DNA of 64,000 nt from Laetmonice hystrix (taxonomy: Eukaryota), in NCBI GenBank assembly GCA_965235115.1, contig OZ249436.1, positions 7,814,001-7,878,000 of the forward strand. The letters run 5' to 3'. Under the pieces are notes generated by a model, which had not been told where the DNA came from, did not search any database, and saw only the letters and a list, made by a program, of their open reading frames with translations. Positions 49,901 to 62,784 of the stretch are shown piece after piece. The translations under genes were made by a program, and so were the position numbers. How positions within the stretch are numbered: the first letter of the stretch is position 1; the number at the start of each line of letters is the position of its first letter.

Positions 49901-52082
49901 ATGAAGATATAACTCGGTTTATAGGTCATGGGTATGATGAAGATAGAACTCGGTTTATAGGTCATGAGGTGTGATGAAGATAGAACTCGGTTTATAGGTC
50001 ATGAGGTGTGATGAAGATAGAACTCGGTTTATAGGTCATGAGGTGTGATGAAGATAGAACTTGGTTTATAGGTCATGAGGTGTGATGAAGATAGAACTCG
50101 GTTTATAGGTCATGGGTATGATGAAGATAGAACTTGGTTTATAGGTCATGAGGTGTGATGAAGATAGAACTCGGTTTAGAGGTCATGGATATGATGAAGA
50201 TAGAACTCGGTTTATAGGTCATGGATATGATGAAGATAGAACTTGGTTTATAGGTCATGAGGTGTGATGAAGATAGAACTCGGTTTAGAGGTCATGGATA
50301 TGATGAAGATAGAACTCGGTTTATAGGTCATGAGGTGTGATGAAGATAGCACTCGGTTTATAGGTCATGAGGTGTGATGGAGATAGAACTCGGTTTATAG
50401 GTCATGGGTATGATGAAGATAGAACTCGGTTTAAAGGTCACTAGGTGTGATGAAGATAGAACTCGGTTTATAGGTCATGAGGTGTGATGAAGATAGAACT
50501 CGGTTTATAGGTCATGGATATGATGAAGATAGAACTCGGTTTATAGGTCATGAGGTGTGATGAAGATAGAACTTGGTTTATAGGTCATGAGGTGTGATGA
50601 AGATAGAGCTTGGTTTATAGGTCATGAGGTATGATGAAGATAGAACTCGGTTTATAGGTCATGAGGTGTGATGAAGATAGAACTCGGTTTATAGGTCATG
50701 GATATGATGAAGATAGAGCTTGGTTTATAGGTCATGAGGTGTGATGAAGATAGAACTCGGTTTAGAGGTCATGGGTATGATGAAGATAGAACTCGGTTTA
50801 TAGGTCATGAGGTGTGATGAAGATAGAACTCGGTTTATAGGTCATGAGGTGTGATGAAGATAGAACTGGGTTTATAGGTCATGGGTATGATGAAGATAGA
50901 ACTCGGTTTATAGGTCATGAGGTGTGATGAAGATAGAACTCGGTTTATAGGTCATGAGGTGTGATGAAGATAGAACTCGGTTTAGAGGTCATGGGTATGA
51001 TGAAGATAGAACTCGGTTTATAGGTCATGAGGTGTGATGAAGATAGAACTGGGTTTATAGGTCATGGGTATGATGAAGATAGAACTCGGTTTATAGGTCA
51101 TGAGGCATGATGAAGATAGAACTCGGTTTATAGGTCATGAAGTGTGATGAAGATAGAACTCGGTTTATAGGTCATGAAGTGTGATGAAGATAGAACTCGG
51201 TTTATAGGTCATGAGTTGTGATGAAGATAGAACTCGGTTTATAGGTCATGAGGTGTGATGAAGATAGAACTCGGTTTAGAGGTCATGAGGTATGATGAAG
51301 ATAGAACTCGGTTTATAGGTCATGAGGTGTGATGAAGATAGAACTCGGTTTATAGGTCATGAGTTGTGATGAAGATAGAACTCGGTTTATAGGTCATGAG
51401 GTGTGATGAAGATAGAACTCGGTTTATAGGTCATGAGGTGTGATGAAGATAGAACTCGGTTTATAGGTCATGAGGTGTGATGAAGATAGAACTGGGTTTA
51501 TAGGTCATGAGGTGTGATGAAGATAGAACTCGGTTTATAGGTCATGAGGTGTGATGAAGATATAACTCGGTTTATAGGTCATGAGGTATGATGAAGATAG
51601 AACTCGGTTTATAGGTCATGGGTATGATGAAGATAGAACTTGGTTTATAGGTCATGAGGTGTGATGAAGATATAACTCGGTTTATAGGTCATGAGGTATG
51701 ATGAAGATAGAACTCGGTTTATAGGTCATGAGGTGTGATGAAGATAGAACTCGGTTTATAGGTCATGAGGTATGATGAAGATATAACTCGGTTTATAGGT
51801 CATGAGGTGTGATGAAGATATAACTCGGTTTATAGGTCATGAGGTATGATGAAGATATAACTCGGTTTATAGGTCATGAGGTGTGACGAAGATAGAACTC
51901 GGTTTATAGGTCATGAGGTGTGATGAAGATAGAACTCGGTTTATAGGTCATGAGGTGTGATGAAGATAGAACTCGGTTTATAGGTCATGAGGTGTGATGA
52001 AGATAGAACTCGGTTTATAGGTCACTAGGTGTGATGAAGATAGAACTCGGTTTATAGGTCATGAGGTGTGATGAAGATAGAA
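46961..52082. repeat. 5.1 kb minisatellite, 37/36 bp units GATGAAGATAGAACTCGGTTTATAGGTCAT[GAGGTGT|GGGTAT], about 140 copies
   Basis: Direct reading; two main interspersed length variants plus local point variants. Confidence 0.98.
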
Positions 52083-55000
52083 TGAAGTTTATTAGATGTG
52101 GCTGTTAAAACCGGAAGTGAAGTTGTACGTGACTACTGCAAGACCGGAAGTGACACGGCTGGTGGCTTTAACCAGACCGGAACTGGTGTGGAGAAACTCT
52201 GACTGTTTTGTACTTTACCAGGGCAGAGTGTGGATTTTGAAAGTGCAAACTGAAAAATACAGACAGTTTGCACAGGCTTGCTATGCGACCTTGTATTTTT
52301 TTAGGATTATCATTAGATACCCCAGTATAACGCCCTGAACTGATGACAGCTTCACCCCTCGTAGCATCTGGCTTCAGGGGTCATCGATAGAGCTTGGGAT
52401 TTGACCCTTCCAGGAAGTCAGCCCAGAGGCATTTTGACCTTAGTCGTGACCTTCATGTGAGGTCAACCTTAAGAGCACGGGGCAGTATAATGACTTAGAC
52501 CACCTGGAGGTGCTATATTCACCCGGTCCTCCAGGTGGGACTTTCTCCTGGTTGGTTTGGAGTGGTGGAGGGGTGGAGGGGTGGAGCTGGGTTATAAGGG
52601 AGTAGGGTGGACCGAGTCCTAATAAGGTCAGGAAGCGGCACGTGTCTTGATAAATTCTTCACTAGAAAGCGATTCGGCTGACCTTTGACCCGACTTGCCT
52701 TTGACCCGGATTTGAAAGTACGAAGTGTAAAATATCTTGGCTTGGGCAGCTGTGAGAGGGAAAGTTTTCCAGTCGGATGGATTGGGCGCTGGGCTTCCAA
52801 TGGGTCTGCTGCCTCTCACACCTCTAGGCCCCACCCCCAGCGTGGCTGCCAGCCAATGACTGCAGGACGGCGCTCTTTGGCTGGCTGGTACGGTGAGTGT
52901 CACTTGTGGGCACTCGAGTTGTAAGGAGGCGGGGCCTGGCTGGGGTAGAGGTCTGTGGGATTTGCCTCTAATTGGTTGATCTGTGGGAGTCAACACTTGG
53001 AAGGTCTGCCGCTCGATCGGTGTGATAAGATATGGAAAATGAATGTTTGTAATGCAGCTGCTCTCTCAAGGCTGACGGAGGTGTTTGCGCTGGGCCAACT
53101 GACGGCCGCTTGTTGCTTGATAACTGCCATGTGCAGTCTATCCCAGGGGGGCCCGCGGTGCATTCTCGACGGCCCCAGATCAAATATTACCGGCACTCTG
53201 CTAATGACCATTGGAACCAGGCCTGCTGGAGTTTCTAAACACAACAGTGTGACCAGTTACGTAGTTAGCGATGCCTTCAAAGTCAAAGAAAACGGTGTGT
53301 TTAGCTTCCTGGTTACCCGGAATAAAAAAAGTATTGAGAAAAGGTTAGGTGTTCCCAAAACACACGGGGCTACTGAAAGGCTGTTTAGACTTTAGTGCGT
53401 TCTCACGGGTGTGGTGGGGTGTGGTGGGGGAGGGAGGTAATGTAATTCATAACCCCGTTTTTTAAACAGAAACTGCTATTTTAGTGTACACGTTTAGTTA
53501 AGCAGCATGCTGAACTGTGAACGGCAGGGTGACGACAGTACGACATACACGTATTCAGCAAGATAGTTAGCTTCAGACAAACCAGGGGGCGTTGTCTGTT
53601 GTAGCTTTATTGCAGGCAGAATAATATTGTGTATTGTGGCTTCCCCATCCCATCTCAAGGGCAGCTACGGTAAACAGGAGGCACATTGATGGAAGGCCGA
53701 GCTGCCGAGGCCAACATCATCCCAGTTAGAAATCTATATGAGACAGGTCTTTTTTGTTTTCAGGCGTCCTTTTGTATATTATCATAAGAGATGGTTATTT
53801 CACCACACATGCCAGCGGCCACCTGATCCTCTGGCAGAGACATAGTTTAAGATAACATTGCTATAGAACACAGGGTGGCCCCAAGTCCTCTCATATGATG
53901 GAATATGTCTTGCCTTTGCTCGTTTTTGCCGTGCGATAAAAACCCAAACAATAGCAGCTGATTAAAGGATGGTTCTTATTAGAGGGATCGTCACTAGAAT
54001 GATGACATGGAGAAGCTGTTCAAATAATGAGTACGGTATGTGCAGAAGTCGAGTATAAAAAGGTAAAGGGGGAGAGAGGATGGCCACTGCAACTGATATT
54101 AACACGTTTACTTCCAATCTATATCTTTACTCTGGCAAAGGCGGCTGAAGGATTTTTTTTTGGGGGGGGGGGGGTTAATAGGGAAAGCTGGTACGAACGG
54201 CTCATCCCAAAAAGTTACGACAGTTCAAAAAGAAGTGTTTCCAGAAGGATGCTCGGACCCACAGGATGACATGAAGGACACAGGACGCATGAGACTACGC
54301 TGGTTCATGCAGTTTATGCAAGGGACAAAGATTATATTTGAAATCACTTTAAGCCTGTGGACATAACGTGAAACGTACCATAGAAGATGAAACCAATGAC
54401 AAAAGTCCCTGTTCCTAGTGTAAACAATATCCTTATTTAGTCGACAGATATATGGGTTAACATTGTATTTTACTACCACGGTGTCTTGATTAATTTGGAA
54501 GTTGACTTTCATTTAGATCACTGGTCATGCAGAAGCCTTAAACTGATATTTTCTACTATGTTGGCCAGTCGGACCAAAAACACTTAGAAATCGAGCGGGG
54601 TTATAATAAACCGACCCAGCAGGCTCCCCATATTACGTACGATCCAGTGGCACTGGCAGTCGGAGGAAGTCATGGTAAATGTGTTGGCGGTTTGCCAGCA
54701 GGACTGGATGTTAATTTGAACGCCAGACTTGGCTAATCATTAGTAATGACAGCAGGCCTTCTACCAAAGATCGGGTCCTTCCGCTATCCTCCATATACCA
54801 TTTGATATGGCAGCCGTAAAATAGCCGGGAAAAAGTCCAGAGTGCACTCTCATGTGTTTACAAAGTATGTGTGAACTCAGAGCAACCACATTTAAACAAT
54901 AAATTGAAAATATCCAGATCGCTCTCTCCCAATGTCACGGACTCGCCGGACTGGGAAGATTTCTCCCCATTTTCCGCCACATGTTGTGATTACTGGTGGG

Positions 55001-56416
55001 GGATAATTTATTCCGAGAGGTTGTAATTGATTCAGTCCGGCATATGTGTAAAAATATAATGGCGTGTATATCAAAAGAACATGTGATAGCTGATAGCACT
55101 TACAAACACTAAAATCCCATGAGTTCAGATTCCGGTAGTGGCGTTAGGTTCATGTGATAATTTGTACCAGTGTAATCTGAATAGAAGTGGAAAAGAAAGA
55201 AAAACAAACCATTGTTGGTTGTGATACTATGTATCAAATGGTCCAGACAGCTCGGCACACAAAGTGCCGGGGTCAGGGGAGTTCAGAGGGGTTGTGTAGG
55301 GTGGTGCGCTGATTGTTCTAACAGCAGTGTTTTTCATATATCATGTATGGATTTAATCAGGTGGATAGGAGTCTTTTAATGAGGACGCCCCATTGTGCTG
55401 CCAGTCCATGAACCCGCTAAATTACAAAGTGTGGGATCCGTTATTCCAGAGACGCTTTCGAGCAGGCAGAAAAAATAAATAAATTGAAAAAATAAGTGCA
55501 TTCCTCATATTTTTACGTCTGGTTCCGTGTGAGTTTTTTTCTTATTACGTTTTGGATTACAAAGATGGGAAACGAATGTAGATAGAATATCTCTTATAAA
55601 GGAGGGATGAAATGTAAAAAGTGCATTTCCCGCGATCCATGGATTCATGGGCCATGAGGTCCGCCTTATTTGTGGCATCCAAACATATTCCATGTCCAAT
55701 TAAAGTTGACACGGAGAAAATAATGTCCTTGACGTTTGTATTCTGATAGCCATTTAGGTTCAGTCTGATTGAACAAAAGTCACTTGGTACGTTTCATGAT
55801 GCTGAGTGGTAGACATGGAACAATACAAGTAGTTAGACATACGTCAGAAGTGTACTTACAAAACATTTTAAAAAATCCAGTGGGCAGATCAACATTTATC
55901 ATAATTAAAAACAAAGACACTTCATGCGCAGTTCACGTGTTAGTACACCTTAATCATAATTTCTGTTAGTGTTCTTGTGAGATCATCGTGAAGTGCTTTT
56001 AAGAAAGTTAAATGGAGCTATTATTATTAAAAGAGGCTTTACCAATAGGAAGAATAACGGTTCCTGAACCGTATTACCCAGAAGTCGTCCTAATCTTGAC
56101 ATCCGTGTGGAACCTATAGAAGGAACTCCATCCGGTGGTGGACGATTAACAATCGATTAACTGCCAAGAGATATTGAAAAATGTGCGTCGGCCAATGAGC
56201 CCAAGGACGGCGAAAACTTGAGAACAGATGGGAGGGGGTTATCCCCCCCCCCCCCATGATATTTTTTCCATTGAAGGGCCACCCCTCCTCGATTGTTCGC
56301 CATGGTAGCAATTCTATCACACTGGGTGTATGATGGAAGGTTGCCAGTTTGTAAAATTCCTCACTTTAGATCAAGACACAATAACAGCAAGAAGGTCGGC
56401 TGTGGATTTGAATTGC

Positions 56417-56610
56417 AAAGTACAGTGTAAACAACAATTCAAAGTACAGTATAAACAACAATTCAAAGCACAGTATAAACAACAATTCAAAGTACAGTAT
56501 AAACAACAATTCAAAGTACAGTATAAACAACAATTCAAAGTACAGTATAAACAACAATTCAAAGCACAGTATATAAACAACAATTCAAAGTACAGTATAA
56601 ACAACAATTC
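56417..56610. repeat. Minisatellite, 24 bp unit AAAGTACAGTATAAACAACAATTC, 8 copies
   Basis: Direct reading. Confidence 0.95.
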
Positions 56611-58523
56611 GATTTGGTGCATTAAAAGTGTTGTATGTAGACATCAAGACTGTGTTGAGTGGTATGTAGTGATGAAAAGAAAGAAAAAGTCGATGTCACA
56701 TTAAAGGAATTGCTGAGGTCTCCTTTGTTAGAAGTTAAGTGATGTTTAATGAAGAAGAATCCTGGGTCACACTACACTAGACCCTGTGGTCACGCTGAAA
56801 AAGTGAAGGTTCGGGGACGTGTGGATTGATTTATTCTGCCGGCTGATACAAGGCATCACGACAGGCCTGAGTAGGGTCCCTGGACTGTATATTTAGGGCA
56901 CACAAAGAAGGCTTTGAGGCAAGGTGTGTTCAGGTTCCCGGAACTCAAGGTGGAGGAGGAGGCCGTGCCAGCCACGTACACTCCATCATCACCTCGACTG
57001 AAGCCCCCTCTGGGGGCAGAACTTGGCACCATTGGTGCTGCGGGAGCCATGCTGGGCCGACCTTCAGTAGAAGCCATCAAGTCGTCAACTACTGAACGTG
57101 TTGGGCCTCGTCTACAGCACCCACCCAACTCCTGAGTGGCCACCCCCGTTTGTACCCCATGCCGTTGTCATTCCCAGCCACCAGGTGTCTCTCATTCCCT
57201 ACGGTGTGGAGGGGGTCATTATTTGTAGCTGGGGGCTGACTGCAGGTTGTCACTGTGTCAATTTGATGTTTTCCGCCCCTGCTGCCCCCTAGTGGCCAGA
57301 AAGACGATACAGAATAAGGAACACCTAACTGACGTGTCCAAGCTATCATATTGCGAACATATCCATGGTTATCTAAGAAAGTTACATGTACATCATTCAG
57401 ACAAACATCCTTTTGTCAGTCAGCGAGAAATATGTTTCCGGATGTGTTGTATTTGGATATGTTCAAGGCAGAATACATGGCATCATGCGTGAATGTATTA
57501 GTTTACTGAAAGGTAAGAAGTGATATCTAATACAGATTTAGTACCAGCACGTATGGTATTGTCAGGGAAAACACTTTATTTCATGGCACCGGTACTTCAC
57601 TAAAACGAACCGAAACTATATTTTCTATATTTTATGAGGACACTGTAATGGGTCAAGTGAATCAGATCGTTGGTCAGGATAAACTGCACTCAACTTTAGG
57701 AGAACTCGCGCCTCGGTATGGAAGCCATGGTGGGTGGAAGATAGGGTTTGAGTAAGGGGCGGGTCGGCCCACCCACTGACACAGCAACACTCCGGGATAA
57801 AATACCTGCCTGACATATGACAAGATTAGAGAATATAGATGAGAGCAACAGAAGATAAACGTCGTGGTATCAACCGGCACACTAAATCAGATACCAAAAT
57901 ATATACGGTTTAGAAAGCTTGGTAGTGTTCTCGACTTTACAGAGGTACACTCTAAGGACTGCCAATATAAATAAGGATTTATAGCAAAGGGCAGCATTGG
58001 GACTCGTGGGCAAGATTAAATTTTAAAAGTCATGATACTTATTGAAACGTCGCCAGCCCAAAGCTGGCAATAGAAAGTCCCGTATGACAAAGTACATTAC
58101 AGTAGTATCGTATATCTTGTCAGGATTGTGACGATCAGTGCATTTAAACATGGATGTTAGTGTAAACGTCCTTTCTCACGACACCTCGGAACAGGTGCAG
58201 AACTCCTCCGCTCTTTCTACACAGGAAGTCACTTGATATTACTGTAAATGATTTCTTATACCAAGCTGGTAGCTAGATAGGGAGGTAGGTCGGTGTCGGC
58301 TCTTCTGTAAATTTAACTTTTTCAAGTGGGCATTTGATACTTCTTAGGAAAAGTAGTCTACATTAAACAGTTTTCTTAAGACACTCTTGAACCTGTGTCG
58401 CTAGTTTTTTGTCCTACCAGCGTCCTCAGCCATTGCAGTTTCGCCCAATCAACATCCGTCTTCACTGCTGTCGACTCAGCCATTTACCATACATTAAGAT
58501 CATAACACTTAGATGATTTAAAG

Positions 58524-58551
58524 CAACGGGTCTAGAATACTATACTCGTTG
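58524..58551. mobile_element. Second copy of the 28 bp palindromic mini-element
   Basis: CAACGGGTCTAGAATACTATACTCGTTG; same length and consensus as 38927-38954; target duplication degraded. Confidence 0.5.
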
Positions 58552-61500
58552 GCTAGAGTGAAAACACCGTTTGATAACTCCAGGATAGGACGTATTTGTT
58601 TTAGGACCGGGATAAGATTCAGGTACGACTTCCAACTTGTCTTATATCGGTCCGTGTTTTCCAAGCAAACACGAAGTGCTCACGTTTCAGGCAGATTTTG
58701 ATACATGTTACCAGTTTGTTGGTTTGCCAGAAATAAGCGGCACCCCATAGGGTTAGAGTTCTACCCCCGCGGCGACACCCTACAGGGTGGGGTTCCAACT
58801 GACCAGGGGAGGGTAAATAAACAATGATGGCCAGGGTTACACCGATAAGGAAACTGCTTAGAATGTACACACTGCATGGGATTGTATCGTTCAGAGTTTG
58901 GCCCTGTTGGGCACGGCCCAACTCGGCCCATCTCGGCCCAACAGCAATGCGTCCCTGTTTATTTACCTCCCTATGTATTTTTATCAGTCAAATAAACAGA
59001 ACCGCATAGTTCTGGTTGTAGGGTTGCTATACCCAGGTACGCCGAGATTTTTTTCCTTCCTTAAGTACACAAGAACTGTTGTTGGTGAGAAACCAGATCA
59101 GCCTCCAGTGCTGGTGAGATTGGTTCGGCTATATTATCTTCCTAACTGTCCCCCGGCTACCCGTCTAATAGCGCACCCTACCGCCTGTAACTGGAATCAC
59201 TATACAGTTGTCAAGTGGGTCTAGCATCAACAGGGTAGACCGCAAGAGGTTCCTCCTCCCCAACATTTCTTCCTTCTGCCCCACTCCTCCCCTTCAACCT
59301 CACCCACTGACACTCGTGTAATTGTTGACCAGGCCCACAGTCTCTTGGGGATTTAGGCCTTGAAGGAGCTTGTTAGGGACCGGCGGGATGCCGAGGGTAG
59401 GCCGGGGGGTTGTCGGGGGGCGGCCGGGGGCGGACTGGAGCTCCAGCCGGGCCCACAGCCCCCACGCACACCGCCCCAGCCCCTCACTCGCCTCGATTCG
59501 ATTTCACGTTTGTTTCCAAGCACAACATGTGGGAGGCAGCAAGGGTCGCAACATCTGCACAGGCCCAAAAGAGATTGGGTGTTGGCTTTCACTGGCCGCC
59601 GCTATCTCAATTTGACGCCTCGCAGATGCTTCAGCACAAATCTAAGGAATGTCAGCGTTTAAACATGGAGCATATTGATGTCTTCCAAGCATATAAAATA
59701 TTACACCGGAGCCGGGGTGCAACTTACCCTGCCGGCCGCCAGAGGAGCCTACTGTTGTCTCTTTATCTCTCACTCTAGGGGGTGCCGTGGGTGGGGGAAG
59801 GGGCCCAGGGGAGAATATGTGTGTTCTCCAGGCCCGTGCAGGTAACGGGAGCCCATAGGTATATGGTACCCAGGTGTTGTCAGGTAAATATCACCAAGGT
59901 AGTTCAGACAAATAAAAAATAACCCATCCACAAATATCAGGGCCTCATTACGCGCATAGCGGCTCGGACGATATTATTAAAAAAACTGGCTCAAATAGGC
60001 CAACATTTACACAAATATTAATGTAACAAATAGGTAGGTTTTGGGCAGATGACATGTATTTTGATGTTATACGTACATCTAGGTGCTACAAATGAGATTT
60101 TAGATACCTGTCAACTTGCATGTCAAGTGAAGAGTCAAGGTTTTAAAAAAAAATGTTGGCGTAACATATGAGTGGACTGGCCAGTAGCTCTCAATCAGAA
60201 ACAAGAACATGTGGTAGGAGGGGGTGGGGACTCCCCCCCCCCCTGCCATCCCTTGATATGACCTCATCAGGGAACCCCCCACCCACCACCACCAACACCA
60301 ACACCACCACCAATCCAAACTCCAGCTGATTTGTTTCCATTCCTCCCGTGTCACTCTCCCAACTTCTGACGCGACAGCTCCAGCTGCAACAGTTGCTTTT
60401 TAGTCGCCTTGGAGAAGGAGCTTTGATACCTGTAATGGGGTGAATGATCTAGGCCATGTTTGCCGGGAGAAACGTGCCGTCCGCGGCCGTTTCTCATCAG
60501 GAGCTACCTGAGGTTTATTGCCATGGTAACCTGATGATCTACAGACTGCCAAGTTAGAACTGTAGTTTATTTCGGCGAGGTTGCCCGGAGATGGCAGTGA
60601 AGACGGGCATTAGACCCGCTCACCTTGGTGTGAGTTGAGTTTATCCTGAACTGGTCGTTCCAGGAATATGGCGGGTCTGTCTCGCCATCACAGAAACATT
60701 TGTGTTTTGTGTGATAACACTGGAGGTATGGTTCCAATGCCAAATATCCCAGGCCTCCGGACAGTTTGTTGGAAGGGGGGCCTCAACTCTTCCTGCATCA
60801 TAACCTGACTGAGGCTATCCGCTGTGGCCTTGACCCATAATAAGGTCAAGGTCGGAGTCAGCAGCATTGGTAGAATCATAGATATTTCCGGGCACGGCAT
60901 GTCTGTATGGCCCCCAGTGAGTAGAGGGCTGATAGTCATGAAATTATGTCCCAATCACTAAGATTGGCGGGAGGAGAGTCGGTCTCTCATTACAGCCGCG
61001 AAATGATGATATAGATGGCTGTTTGGAGCCTGGTGGTGTTGGTTGAGGTGAGGGTGGGGTAGGGGTTTCACAGATGATCGAGCCAGGGTTCAGACTACAT
61101 ACCTGAGGGGGTGTGAGCGTCCAGTCTGGCGCTAACACCTCGAGATGTCCCCACCATGTGGTAGCCTGACCTTGATGGATGCTCCCGGCAAATGCACCTA
61201 GAAGATGGGGCAGGGGTCGGAATGCCCCCACCCCCTGGACCACCCTCCTCCAGGTGATCCTCCGGTCTCACCTCCCCCCCCCGCACCCCCCAGATAGCGG
61301 TTATCGGGGCCGCAGTAGATATGACAGGTTTTAGTGTATTTATGGCACGGTTAGTGTCACTCAGGGCTTGACTCGCCCAGCTATCCCCCAGTGCCGGGGG
61401 CCAGAGTTGTACCCTACCAAACTCCCTGGTCGTTATCGTTGATGGAGATGATGGAGAAAAAATTCAGATGTCCGAGCCAGTTCAGCTGTCAGCCATACGT

Positions 61501-62444
61501 GTAATATTCCCAGTACCTCCATGCAGTTTACACACTGGGCCAAATCTGGATTCACTTGCCTCAAACTGTATTATAATATTGCCCTCCCTCCATTTTTCAT
61601 TCTTTCTTATATATTTATGCCTTTGTTTCCTTTCTGTCATTTTTAGCAGTAAGACTGTGAACGACGACACATAATGTCATCTTGCTGTGATTGTAGTTAG
61701 ATAAGAATAACGTCATGCGTTCACTGATTCGTCCCCATGGTAACAACGACATATATCAGCATTGTGAAACTGACACTAACAACTGTGTCGGGGGGGGGGG
61801 GGGTCTCTCATGATCTTCTGTAAGACTCTGGAAAAGAGTCAGTCACATATCGCGTTCCATCCACGGTGTTTCGCTTTCTGGCTCCACTTACTGCTCCTAA
61901 TGCACGCTGAATTCTATATCTACAGATCTAGGTTCTTTTATAGTAGCTGGCGCCATCTTTATGGATGCTATAGTCTTTACATTGAAGAATAGAATGACAC
62001 TTTCTATAGATGTTGTCCTAAGTGATGAAGCCTTTTTTTAGATCAAACAAAGGCGGTTGAAACACACGGGAAGGGCGGGGGGGGGGGGGGGTCTGGGGTC
62101 TTCACGCTGGAGTTCTCAGTTCGCAATCCATGTTAAAGACATCCAATGGTTAATATATTTTAGTAAAGACTTAAATCTTAAGGATTAAATGTTGCTGCCA
62201 TCATGGCAGATTCATATAGCAGCAAGTCATTCTGTGGATGATAATTTTCCTTACTCAGAAATAAACGTAGACATAGATTATTTACCAGCTCTGTGTATGA
62301 TACAGACTGTACACAATATCTTAGTGTAAAGAAACGGTGAAAGTCACTTTCTGACATCTCCTGTGTTGTTGTTGGGCCTCTCGTCTGTCGTGAAGTGATA
62401 CGTGTTGGCAAAAAAGATCGTTTGTATTTGTGTCCATCTATAGA

Positions 62445-62484
62445 ACTGATTGTTGAGTTTTGCTTTCTGTTTTAACAGGTAAGT
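62445..62484 (+). other. Candidate recursive splice site (branch point, polypyrimidine tract, CAG|GTAAGT)
   Basis: ACTGATTGTTGAGTTTTGCTTTCTGTTTTAACAG|GTAAGT: a 3' splice site directly abutting a perfect 5' splice site at 62478/62479. Confidence 0.5.
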
Positions 62485-62556
62485 TTCCAGAATCGTGTGA
62501 CCTTAGAAAGCGGATCTAACAGGTAGGATCGGGTTCTGTCTTAGTGTCACGATATA

Positions 62557-62784
62557 CAGTATGTCCAAAAAAAATGATAGTCGAACTTTAGGTGTGCAAT
62601 ACACTTAGATATTTTAGAGGATTGTCGAATTTTGAATTTTGAAGTTTAAGTTGAACATAAAGTTTGATCCCCCTAGATAACTCTCAGCAAGTTTGGTGTT
62701 GACAGGGTCACGCATTACTGATCACAACCAGTATCTCTTTTTGACAATGGAACACAGACTATAATTTTTGGGGGGGACATACTG
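62557..62784 (-). mobile_element. Tc1/mariner-type MITE, copy 2 (inverted relative to copy 1)
   Basis: TA|CAGTATGTCC ... GGACATACTG|TA; the interior is the reverse complement of 21446-21657 with few differences. Confidence 0.85.

Noticed and set aside
46961..52082. CRISPR-like appearance of 36-37 bp repeats
   Set aside because: No unique spacers, no cas genes, eukaryotic context.
56856..57349. GC-rich ORFs (73-95 aa) that look coding-like
   Set aside because: No recognisable motif, no resemblance to SMG5 PIN exons and no convincing exon borders.
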